From: Promethearchaeota archaeon
GTDB lineage: Archaea; Asgardarchaeota; Lokiarchaeia; Sigyniarchaeales; SOKP01
DNA length: 64,000 nucleotides
Reading direction: 5' to 3'
NCBI GenBank assembly: GCA_048941065.1
Contig: JBHLNY010000001.1
Span: 28-64,027 of the forward strand
Translations under genes and position numbers: made by a program
Notes under the pieces: generated by a model
Told to the model about the DNA's origin: nothing
Database searches by the model: none
What the model saw: only the letters and a program-made list of their open reading frames with translations
Shown here: positions 46,280-54,530 of the stretch, one piece after another
How positions within the stretch are numbered: the first letter of the stretch is position 1
How the letters are laid out: the number at the start of each line of letters is the position of its first letter

Positions 46280-47077
46280 ATGGAGAATGAAAATTTTTTA
46301 GAAGGGAAAGTAGCTCTAGTTACAGGAGCGGGTGCTGGATTTGGTCGGGAAATGGCCATTGCTTTTGCAAGTAAAGGAGCAAATTTAGTATTAAACGATA
46401 TCAATTTAAAAAGTATAAAAGAAACTCGTGATATTGTTCTAAAATCTTATGATGTAGATATATTATTAGCACAAGCAGATATTTCTGAAGTTGAAGCGGT
46501 AAATCTCATGAGTAAAAATGTTTTTGAGAAATTCAAAAACGTTTTTTTATTAGTGAATAATGCTGGAATAAGAGGAGGTACTTCTTCTCTTAAGACTAAA
46601 ATGGAAGACTATAAAAGAGTTATGGATGTAAATTTAATGGGTAGCTGGAATGTAGCAAAAATCTTTAGCAAAAGGATGAAAAAGCAGAAATTTAAACCAA
46701 TTGCGGGAAAGATTATTAATATCACATCATGTGCGGGAACTGAATGTGGCCTAAATCCATTTATTGGAATATATAGCGTAAGTAAAGCAGCTCTAATTGC
46801 CTTTACCAAATTATGGGCACTTGAATTAGGTTCTAGAAACATCACAGTTAATGCAATTTGTCCAGGGATCTTTCTTACTCCAATATACGATAATGATCCA
46901 AACCTAATAAGGGAGTGGATAAAATTGAGAAATATAAAACTTCCCATAAATAGAATTGGAGAAGCTAAACAAGTTGCGGATGTTGCCTTATTTTTAGCTT
47001 CCTCTGCTGCAGATTACATTACAGGGCAGAATATCATTTTAGACGGTGGAATGACTATCAGTATAAATAAATTGTAA
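46280..47077 (+). CDS. short-chain dehydrogenase/reductase (SDR)
   Basis: It has the cofactor-binding motif TGAGAGFG, then NNAG, and the catalytic motif YSVSK. Confidence 0.9.
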   Translation: MENENFLEGKVALVTGAGAGFGREMAIAFASKGANLVLNDINLKSIKETRDIVLKSYDVDILLAQADISEVEAVNLMSKNVFEKFKNVFLLVNNAGIRGGTSSLKTKMEDYKRVMDVNLMGSWNVAKIFSKRMKKQKFKPIAGKIINITSCAGTECGLNPFIGIYSVSKAALIAFTKLWALELGSRNITVNAICPGIFLTPIYDNDPNLIREWIKLRNIKLPINRIGEAKQVADVALFLASSAADYITGQNIILDGGMTISINKL

Positions 47078-47117
47078 TATAGAATTCTGATTAATATAAC
47101 TTAAATTTTCTCTTTTC

Positions 47118-47126
47118 TTTTTTTTT
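47118..47126 (+). terminator. oligo-T tract (T9) downstream of SDR gene
   Basis: It lies 41 nt after the stop, in a convergent intergenic region. Confidence 0.35.
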
Positions 47127-47375
47127 GGATTCAACACCTTAGTATTCATTTTCGCTTTCTTATTAATCCATATTTCTTAAATATTTTCTTTAAGATTTTT
47201 AACGAAAACAAGGTTTTTTTCTTATTCTAAAGATATTAATCTTTTTTTAACTCTTTTTCCAATTTAGAAATCTAAAAGGATATTAATATATTAACTTTAT
47301 CCAAATATTAAATTCAGAGAATGATAAGTATTAACAAAAAAGTAATTTAAAAAAGAAAGAAATCTGAATTTTTGA

Positions 47376-47960
47376 TTATTTTCCACGACCTTTGTTTGCA
47401 CTAATGCTAGGTCGGGTTTTTTCAGATCCCCATCCTTTTCTATGTAAACCTCTTGCTCTCTTTCCTGCAGAAGTTAATCCCCGAGTCACTCTTTTTGTAT
47501 TCTGAGGTTCAGAAATCCAATTTATTTTTGGATCTGATTTGATTACTGGATGGTGAGGATCAACTAATATAACCTCGTAATACCAGTGTTTTCCATCAGA
47601 GTAGACTTTATAACTATTCAAAACTTCCATATTCGGGTATTTACGTTGAACACGTTCTTCTGCAATCCATTGCAGATTTTTACCAGTAGTATATTTTGAA
47701 ACACCCATCGCTCGAGGTTTTCTACCTCGTTTAGGTCGTGTTTTGTGCATTCCACCCTTTCTTATCCTTGCTCTTATTATAGCATATCCTTGTTTTGCTT
47801 TATAGCCTAATGTTCTTGCACGATGAATTTTAGTAGGTTTTTCCACTCTCTGAATAGATTTACCTTTCCGATATTCAATTCCACGATTCCAATGGGGTGT
47901 TTTATATCCTTTTTTATGTTCCTCAAAAGTATCTTTTACATAACTATATCCAGACTTCAA
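47376..47960 (-). CDS. rpl15e: 50S ribosomal protein eL15
   Basis: 194 aa and highly basic. ARTLGYKAKQGYAIIRARIRKGG and the overall L15e pattern are present. Confidence 0.95.
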   Translation of the reverse strand: MKSGYSYVKDTFEEHKKGYKTPHWNRGIEYRKGKSIQRVEKPTKIHRARTLGYKAKQGYAIIRARIRKGGMHKTRPKRGRKPRAMGVSKYTTGKNLQWIAEERVQRKYPNMEVLNSYKVYSDGKHWYYEVILVDPHHPVIKSDPKINWISEPQNTKRVTRGLTSAGKRARGLHRKGWGSEKTRPSISANKGRGK

Positions 47961-48158
47961 CTTTCAAAACACTCTTGATTTAATATAACTTAAAAAATTC
48001 ATGAAAATTAATTAATTTTTTTATTTCTCTATCCTATTAAAATTTATTTTGTTAGGATTTTATATCTTTATTTAACTAATGTAAGAATAATTTTAATACT
48101 TTAAACATATTATTTTAATCACCACATGCTTAAAGGTATAGTTATCAGAGGAAATTAA

Positions 48159-48647
48159 TTGTCAGATAAAGAAATAAAAAGAAATAAACCACATAAAAAA
48201 GCAAAAATAAAAGATAATAATGGGTTAGAAATTTCATATGATAAAAATGAATTAGCTGAGTATTTTCCCCATTTAATATCAGAAGTCTCTATAAGTAAAA
48301 AGGCATTAAAAATTGATTCAGTAAAATTTAACATCCAAAATTCAAATGATTATTATCCAGAAGAACTATATAACCCAAAAGCAATTGATTTTATAAGAAG
48401 ATGTACTAATGATGAAGAAGCCATTGAGATCTTAAATTATCTATTAAGAAGAAAAGAATTATCTAATGATGAATATAAATTACTTAAAAGCCAAATATTA
48501 CAAAAAGAGGGTTTAACAAATTTAATCGAGGAGCATGGAGGCTTCAAAAAGCCGGGCTATTATGAAAGAAAGTTTAGAAATTTTACCCAACAGAAAAAAA
48601 ATGAAAAACAAAGAACGACCGAGAGAAGTAAAACCAAAAAAAATTAA
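48159..48647 (+). CDS. conserved archaeal hypothetical protein (DUF2095-like)
   Basis: TTG start. NPKAIDFIRRCTNDEEAIEILNYLLRRKELSNDEYKLLKSQI...GGFKKPGYYERKF resembles DUF2095. This recollection was not verified. Confidence 0.45.
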   Translation: MSDKEIKRNKPHKKAKIKDNNGLEISYDKNELAEYFPHLISEVSISKKALKIDSVKFNIQNSNDYYPEELYNPKAIDFIRRCTNDEEAIEILNYLLRRKELSNDEYKLLKSQILQKEGLTNLIEEHGGFKKPGYYERKFRNFTQQKKNEKQRTTERSKTKKN

Positions 48648-48692
48648 ATTAGGCTAAGAACTATTAGAATTATAACGTTAATTTCAGATTAT

Positions 48693-48774
48693 GAGAAGAA
48701 AAATGATGATCTTATGACAAACAGAACTACTGCTCATAGTGATGATTCTTGTCGCCCCAATCTGATTTTTTCTC
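48693..48774 (+). ncRNA. candidate C/D box sRNA (2'-O-methylation guide)
   Basis: The C box is ATGATGA (48703-48709). A degenerate D' box CAGA (48722-48725) follows after 12 nt. The C' box is GTGATGA (48739-48745) and the D box is CTGA (48762-48765). The flanks GAGAAGAAAA / TTTTTTCTC can form a terminal stem. It sits in a convergent intergenic gap. Confidence 0.4.
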
Positions 48775-48795
48775 TGACTTCTTAAATTAATTCTT

Positions 48796-49050
48796 TTAAA
48801 AATCGTTTTCTATTTCTTTTTTGAATTTAATTCCTTTTTCTGTTAAATAATGTTCTTCTTTAATCTTTTTAATCAGTTTTAAATCTAATAAAACCGGTAT
48901 TCTTCCCTTAATACATGCAATTGGCAAACCAGAAAACAACTTAATTGTTTCATAATTCTTTGCTCCTTTATCAATTGCTAGTAATATCTCAATCCCCATA
49001 TATCCTAAGAGATATTTTAAGTCATCATAAGATTCTACTTCATTAGACAT
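48796..49050 (-). CDS. small winged-helix protein
   Basis: 84 aa. GIEILLAIDKGAKNYETIKLFSGLPIACIKGRIPVLLDLKLIKKIKEEHYLTEKG has a wHTH pattern. The gene is immediately downstream of the longin-like gene. Confidence 0.5.
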   Translation of the reverse strand: MSNEVESYDDLKYLLGYMGIEILLAIDKGAKNYETIKLFSGLPIACIKGRIPVLLDLKLIKKIKEEHYLTEKGIKFKKEIENDF

Positions 49051-49088
49051 GCTTCATCCTGAATTGAAAAATTTTTTTGAATTATCTT

Positions 49089-50219
49089 TTAAGTATTTTT
49101 TTTAGATTCTTTTGGTAATAATTTTCTCATCCATTCTGGAAAGGCAGTAGTTATGCGTAGATTTGTTTTTAAAACAACATACCTCTCATTATTGTAATTT
49201 AATTCTTCGATGATATCATACTCCTTCAAATATTCTATATTTTCCATGAGATAATCAAGAGACTTTTTAGATACTAATTTGGGTAATTCATCTCTTGAAA
49301 TTAACCCATTACGCAATTCAGAAAGAATATTATACTTTTTAGAATCTGCCATTATTTGAAATAATCTATAGGAATCTTTTTTTAACTCTTCCTCTTCCTT
49401 TTTTTCATATTCACTGAAATATTCCTGAACTTTTGGAAGTAATAAATCAATCAATTCTGGTTTGTCATCGATATACTCTATAACACTATCAGGTGGAATT
49501 CTTTCAGCTTTTATTTCTTTTAATAAAAGTACATACTTTTCGACTAAACCAATTTGATTTATAATGATAATTTGCTTCTCATCTAATGTACCGATTATTT
49601 CTTCAAAAACTTTATGAGGAGAATTTTCAATAAACCATTCTCTTAGTTGTTCTAGTTCTACAGGACCTTTTGAGAGTTTTTCTAAAGTTTTATATATATG
49701 ATTATCACTTATTAGAATTGCTATCTTTTCTTCTTCAGTTTTTTCTCGTGTCTCATCCATTACTGCCCTGTACAAGTTCTTTACTCCAGCTTTAATTAAG
49801 CCATTGTTTTTCAGAATTAATTCTACATCTTCCTCATGATATTCTTTCTCGTTAATATAAAAACCTGTAAAAATCTCCTCATTTGATTGAAACCTCTCTG
49901 AAAAGTCTGTACATAGATTTGCTATAATTTCCTCATTTGCTGGTTTAATTTGCTGCTCAAGAATTACTGAGAACATTAGCATTTCTTTATTACCTCGAGC
50001 CCAATCTGAATGAATTTCAAAATAATAATTCAATGATTTTAAATTTTCAAAAGAATGTGTGAAAAAGCCTTCATTAAATTGCTGGTCCATAATATTTGCT
50101 ATTTTGACCTCTAATTCCTTCGCTAATATATCCTTCGGGTATGAATAAAATACTAAAGGTCCAATTTTGCGGTGAAAATATGATAAGGCTACGGTTGTTT
50201 TCAAATAACGAATCTCCAC
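49089..50219 (-). CDS. hypothetical protein: longin-like N-terminal domain plus two winged-helix-like modules
   Basis: The N-terminus VALSYFHRKIGPLVFYSYPKD...FFTHSF...LNYYFEIHSDWARGNKEMLMFSVIL reads as beta-beta-alpha-beta-beta-beta-alpha. The C-terminal half has two HTH-plus-wing-like segments. Confidence 0.5.
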   Translation of the reverse strand: MEIRYLKTTVALSYFHRKIGPLVFYSYPKDILAKELEVKIANIMDQQFNEGFFTHSFENLKSLNYYFEIHSDWARGNKEMLMFSVILEQQIKPANEEIIANLCTDFSERFQSNEEIFTGFYINEKEYHEEDVELILKNNGLIKAGVKNLYRAVMDETREKTEEEKIAILISDNHIYKTLEKLSKGPVELEQLREWFIENSPHKVFEEIIGTLDEKQIIIINQIGLVEKYVLLLKEIKAERIPPDSVIEYIDDKPELIDLLLPKVQEYFSEYEKKEEEELKKDSYRLFQIMADSKKYNILSELRNGLISRDELPKLVSKKSLDYLMENIEYLKEYDIIEELNYNNERYVVLKTNLRITTAFPEWMRKLLPKESKKNT

Positions 50220-50423
50220 AGATATTTTATCTTTTTACAAACAATACTGTTATTTTTAGGTATGATATCTTAAAATAAATTAATGATTAAAGATTATATA
50301 TTCTTAAAGATAAATAAATTTATCTTATTTAAACATCTATTAACAATAGTTTAGTATTAAAATGAATCAATTTATTATATTGATTGATTTTCTAAATTAT
50401 AAAGGAAATTTCTACTTAACATT

Positions 50424-51167
50424 ATGATCAATAATAGAATTAAATTAATTGGATTTGATTTAGACGATTGTCTTTTTGATTCAACCGGACTTTCTGACAG
50501 AGCTAGAATTAAGGGAATTGATGCTATGATTAATTTAGGATTAGATATTGATAGAGATGGAGCAATTGTAAAAATCCAAGAGATTGTAAAAGAATATGGA
50601 TCAAACTTTTCTAAACATTATAATTACTTTATTCGAAGATTAAATGAATTTGAAAACTATAGAATCTCCAGCAATGTTAAATATAAATATATAGCTGCTG
50701 CGGTAATAGCATACCATCAAGAAAAAATTGATTCTATAAAATTATATGAAGATGTAAAACCTTGCTTGAAAAGATTAAGAAAAATGGGGATTAAAACGGC
50801 AATAATAAGTGATGGTATCCCCATAAAACAATATGAAAAAATTTTAAGACTTAAAATTGATAAGTTAATAGACTTGGTTGTAATCTCAGATGAAATCGGC
50901 ATTAAAAAACCAAACCCTAAATTATTTAATTACTGTTTAAAAAAATTTGGACTTAAGGGTTCAGATACAATTTATATAGGAGATCGAATTGATAAAGATA
51001 TTATTCCTGCTCGTTTAAATCATATTTTCAGTGTCTATATTCATCGGGGAGGTAAATATGATACTTATAAACTAGATAAAAATAATTCTACTAGATATAA
51101 AGCTGATTATGAAATATCAAATTTAAATGAAATATTTGGGATATTAATAGAAATTAATAAAAAATAG
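50424..51167 (+). CDS. HAD-superfamily hydrolase
   Basis: Motif I is FDLDDCLFDS, motif II is ISDG and motif IV is GDRIDKDI. Confidence 0.85.
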   Translation: MINNRIKLIGFDLDDCLFDSTGLSDRARIKGIDAMINLGLDIDRDGAIVKIQEIVKEYGSNFSKHYNYFIRRLNEFENYRISSNVKYKYIAAAVIAYHQEKIDSIKLYEDVKPCLKRLRKMGIKTAIISDGIPIKQYEKILRLKIDKLIDLVVISDEIGIKKPNPKLFNYCLKKFGLKGSDTIYIGDRIDKDIIPARLNHIFSVYIHRGGKYDTYKLDKNNSTRYKADYEISNLNEIFGILIEINKK

Positions 51168-51189
51168 ATTTTTAAATAAAAGTAAGATT

Positions 51190-52008
51190 ATGAAAATTGC
51201 TTGTATTCAACCCAAAATATTTCAAGATAGAAGAAACTGTTATTACGAGGTAGAAGATCTATTAAAAGTTTTATTAGAAGAAACTAATAAATGTGATGTC
51301 ATATGCTTACCAGAAAGATGGATTCCAGTTTATAGCGATTCTTCTAAAAACTTTCAAAAAGAAAGAGGAGATGATTATTCATTTATCAAGTATTTAGCAA
51401 ATGAATACGGTATAAATGTTTTATCAGGAGGAATATGGGAAAAACGTGATAATCCAAAAAAATTGGTAATTACATGCTATTTTTTTAATGAGAATGGTGA
51501 AGAAGTAGGGCGTCAGGATAAAATTCATCTCTATTCTTATGAACGAAAGCAATTTGAACCTGGAAATGAATTAAATATATTTAAATTAAAAAATTTACAT
51601 AATTTTGCAATTCTCATTTGCTTTGATATGGCTTTTTTTGAAACTCCTAGATTGGCTGCTGAGAATGGTGCTGACTTTTTACTCTCTCCTACTCAGATAA
51701 GACAGGAAGGAATGGATAATTGGAATACTTATTTGAAAGCACGTTCTCTTGAAAATAGAATACCAGTTGCAGCTTGTAATACTTTTGGGACTTTTTTTAG
51801 AAAAAAATTTTTAGGGAATAGTAAAATAATCTCCTTTATTAAAGGAAATATTTCACCAGCTAAGCTTAAGATAGTTGAAGGACCTAATGATTCGAATGGA
51901 TATATCTTTGATGATATTGATTTAGATTTTCCAAGAAAATTAAGAAAAATTCGACTAAAAGAAAAAATTGAGAAAAATAAAATTATAGTGAAAAATGTAA
52001 ATAGCTAA
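51190..52008 (+). CDS. carbon-nitrogen hydrolase (nitrilase superfamily)
   Basis: The Glu-Lys-Cys triad context is CLPERW ... K ... ILICFDMAF. Confidence 0.85.
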   Translation: MKIACIQPKIFQDRRNCYYEVEDLLKVLLEETNKCDVICLPERWIPVYSDSSKNFQKERGDDYSFIKYLANEYGINVLSGGIWEKRDNPKKLVITCYFFNENGEEVGRQDKIHLYSYERKQFEPGNELNIFKLKNLHNFAILICFDMAFFETPRLAAENGADFLLSPTQIRQEGMDNWNTYLKARSLENRIPVAACNTFGTFFRKKFLGNSKIISFIKGNISPAKLKIVEGPNDSNGYIFDDIDLDFPRKLRKIRLKEKIEKNKIIVKNVNS

Positions 52009-52105
52009 GTTGCTTAATTTATATACGATTCTAAAAATTATTAATTTTTGTTATCTTATACAACATTGTTTTAATGATGCAACTAAGTTTTAGAGTTGTT
52101 TAAAT

Positions 52106-53047
52106 TTGGATATGAAGATTATGCTATGCGGGCTTGAAGATGCAGGAAAAACGTCAATTTTACTAGTCTTAGATAAGAAATTTAGTCTCTTAACTTCAGT
52201 TGCCCCTACTATAAAGGCTAAGAGAACTTCACATACTAATAAACTATTAGGTATTTCAATCACACGTTGGGATTTAGGTGGTCAAAAAAGTTTTAGAAAG
52301 ATATATATTGACAATAAAAGTAAATATTTTACCGAAATGCGTTCAATCTTTTACGTAATTGATATACAAAGTAAAGATAAATTTACTGAAGCTCTATCTT
52401 ATCTTAAAGATATTATAAATATTATTTCACATAACCCTCCTGAAAATTTTCAACTATTAATCCTTTTTCATAAATATGATCCAGATATAAAAAATAAAAA
52501 AGAAATTTTAGATAATTTAAGCTTTTTAGAGAAAAAAATAAATTCACTAATTAAAAAATTAAATTTCTCTGTTTATAGAACTTCGATCTATGATGATTCT
52601 TCTTTACTAAAAGCATTTTCAGATGGAGTATTTACTGCTACTGAGAAATCAAAATTGCTCCAATCTTTATTAAGAGATTACATGAGTAAAACATATACTA
52701 GTTCTACTCTACTTTTGGATCAAAATTGTTTTATAATCGCAAGTAGAGCTACTGATGATGCATACCAGGGAATATGCGAAGCAATTGCTCCCAGATTAAC
52801 AAATGCATTAGAAAAATTAGAAGAATGGGATATTGATACAAAAGATATTATCACAAATATAGAATTTCCTCAAAATAATGTAGAAGATTCTAGAGAGGGC
52901 ATAATTTTTTTAAGAAAATTAGAAATAAACAATGATAGATTATATCTTATTGCACTTTGCTTAAACAAAAGGATACAGAAAAAATCCTATGATTATCTAC
53001 CAATATTAGCTAAAAATCTAAAGAATTTATTAGAAAGTTTTGAATAA
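52106..53047 (+). CDS. Rag/Gtr1-family small GTPase with C-terminal roadblock-like domain
   Basis: G1 is GLEDAGKTS and G3 is WDLGGQ. G4 is HKYD (Rag-type HKxD rather than NKxD). The G5 region YRTSIYDDSSLLKAFS parallels RagA TSIWDETLYKAWS. The C-terminal ~120 aa aligns by eye with the Rag C-terminal roadblock domain. It starts at TTG 52106 or ATG 52112. Confidence 0.85.
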   Translation: MDMKIMLCGLEDAGKTSILLVLDKKFSLLTSVAPTIKAKRTSHTNKLLGISITRWDLGGQKSFRKIYIDNKSKYFTEMRSIFYVIDIQSKDKFTEALSYLKDIINIISHNPPENFQLLILFHKYDPDIKNKKEILDNLSFLEKKINSLIKKLNFSVYRTSIYDDSSLLKAFSDGVFTATEKSKLLQSLLRDYMSKTYTSSTLLLDQNCFIIASRATDDAYQGICEAIAPRLTNALEKLEEWDIDTKDIITNIEFPQNNVEDSREGIIFLRKLEINNDRLYLIALCLNKRIQKKSYDYLPILAKNLKNLLESFE

Positions 53048-53112
53048 AATTACCAACATTTGTAAAAAATCTCTACTTCGATTGAAAAAAAATTTTAAAT
53101 TTACTTTTAATC

Positions 53113-53133
53113 ACCCCACCCTGTGGGTGGGGT
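53113..53133 (+). promoter_or_regulatory. perfect GC-rich hairpin ACCCCACCC-TGT-GGGTGGGGT abutting a TATA-like box
   Basis: It has a 9-bp stem (7 G-C pairs) and a 3-nt loop in an otherwise AT-rich 136-bp spacer. TTTATATA follows at 53133-53140, about 43 nt upstream of the Orc1/Cdc6 ATG. Confidence 0.4.
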
Positions 53134-53183
53134 TTATATATGTATTCATAAATATAAAGTAAAAATACAAATTAATAACAAAA

Positions 53184-54374
53184 ATGATTGTTGATTCAGA
53201 AAGTTATAATGAATATGTTGGACCAAAAGCTATATTTGATCCAAATTACATCCCCCCTCAACTATTATATAGAGAAAAAGAAGTACAATCATTATATTCT
53301 ATTTTAGATGATTCAATAGCAGATCGATTTTGTCTTAATATAATATATCAAGGAATTCAAGGAATCGGGAAAAAAGTTGTTGTCAATAAAGTATTAAAGG
53401 ATTTATTAGCTAAAAATAAGGAATTAGTAAATATTCATAAAATTTGTATTGATTGCAAAGAAAAAAATCTAGAGGATTTAATTTTTTCAATATTAACTGA
53501 ATTAAATCGCTTTTCAAGTTTTAACATCGATTTTAATTCAATTTTAAATTCAAAAATCTCTCATTTGTGGAATATCATTAAATTAGCATGTAAAAAAGTT
53601 AATAGTGGTCTCTTTTTTTTATTCTATAATATAGAATCTTTGAAGCCTGATGTCTTTAAGAAGTTCTTACAATTTGGGAAAGAATCAAATATTACATTAA
53701 TTTCTACGGTAAATACAATTTTGAAGCCTTCGACTTTAGATTTGTTATCCGAATTTGATTTCAAAAAAAAATTAAACTTTTTTACTTATAATGAACTTTA
53801 TTCAATTCTTAAACAGAGAGTATCTCTTACGTTTACTCATGAAATTGATAAAGAGTTAATAAGATATATTACAGATCTAATTTGTGAATATTATGTGCCA
53901 GTACCAGGAAAAGGTATTGACATTTTAAGAGATACCTATCCATTGCTAATAGAAAAGAAAAATTTCAAAAATTATGAAATAATTGATATATGTCAGAATG
54001 AATTCGATTCAATTCAAGTTACGGATGAATTTTGTATTTTAAATTATGTTTCTGAAGAAAATCTTTTAACAATAATATTTTTAGATAATCTCTCTAACTA
54101 CTTCTTAAAAAAGCTGAACCTTTATATCTCTTTGGAAGAACTGAATGAAATTTATGATATTTCTTGTGAATCTTTAGAATATAAAAAGAATCTGAATGAA
54201 TTTAATGAATTAATTAAAAGATTGCTTAGTTTTGGAATTTTAAGTGGTTCAAAAAGAAATCCTTCCAAAAAGAAATCTTATTTATTAAATAATGCTTCAA
54301 ATTTTGAATCTTTCTTTATGGTATTGAACCCCAAACAACTAAAAGCGATAGTAGATGCAATATTTAATAAATAG
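53184..54374 (+). CDS. cdc6: Orc1/Cdc6-family AAA+ protein, divergent paralog with degenerate nucleotide-site motifs
   Basis: It has the characteristic opening FDPNYIPPQLLYREKEVQSLYSIL...NIIYQGIQGIGKK and FFTYNELYSILKQRV. Walker A ends GKK instead of GKT. Walker B is FYNIE instead of LDE. The sensor-2 region is GKGIDILR instead of GDAR(R)A.DLLR. Confidence 0.7.
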   Translation: MIVDSESYNEYVGPKAIFDPNYIPPQLLYREKEVQSLYSILDDSIADRFCLNIIYQGIQGIGKKVVVNKVLKDLLAKNKELVNIHKICIDCKEKNLEDLIFSILTELNRFSSFNIDFNSILNSKISHLWNIIKLACKKVNSGLFFLFYNIESLKPDVFKKFLQFGKESNITLISTVNTILKPSTLDLLSEFDFKKKLNFFTYNELYSILKQRVSLTFTHEIDKELIRYITDLICEYYVPVPGKGIDILRDTYPLLIEKKNFKNYEIIDICQNEFDSIQVTDEFCILNYVSEENLLTIIFLDNLSNYFLKKLNLYISLEELNEIYDISCESLEYKKNLNEFNELIKRLLSFGILSGSKRNPSKKKSYLLNNASNFESFFMVLNPKQLKAIVDAIFNK

Positions 54375-54530
54375 AATTAATATTTTCCTTTTAAAAAAAC
54401 TAATTTTACACATTTATTATTTATATAAATTGAAAGAATCAATCAGATTTTTTTTTTTATGATGTCTAATATATATAAAGATGCAATTACTCTATCTTTT
54501 TAATAATAAACGAAGAATTGGAGATCTAAG

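Noticed and set aside
53048-54530. Replication origin next to orc1/cdc6
   Set aside because: The flanking spacers are only about 136 and 156 bp. They contain no repeated ORB-like elements, with only one GC dyad. No extended AT-rich unwinding element bounded by inverted repeats could be identified. This cannot be called an origin without skew or marker-frequency data.
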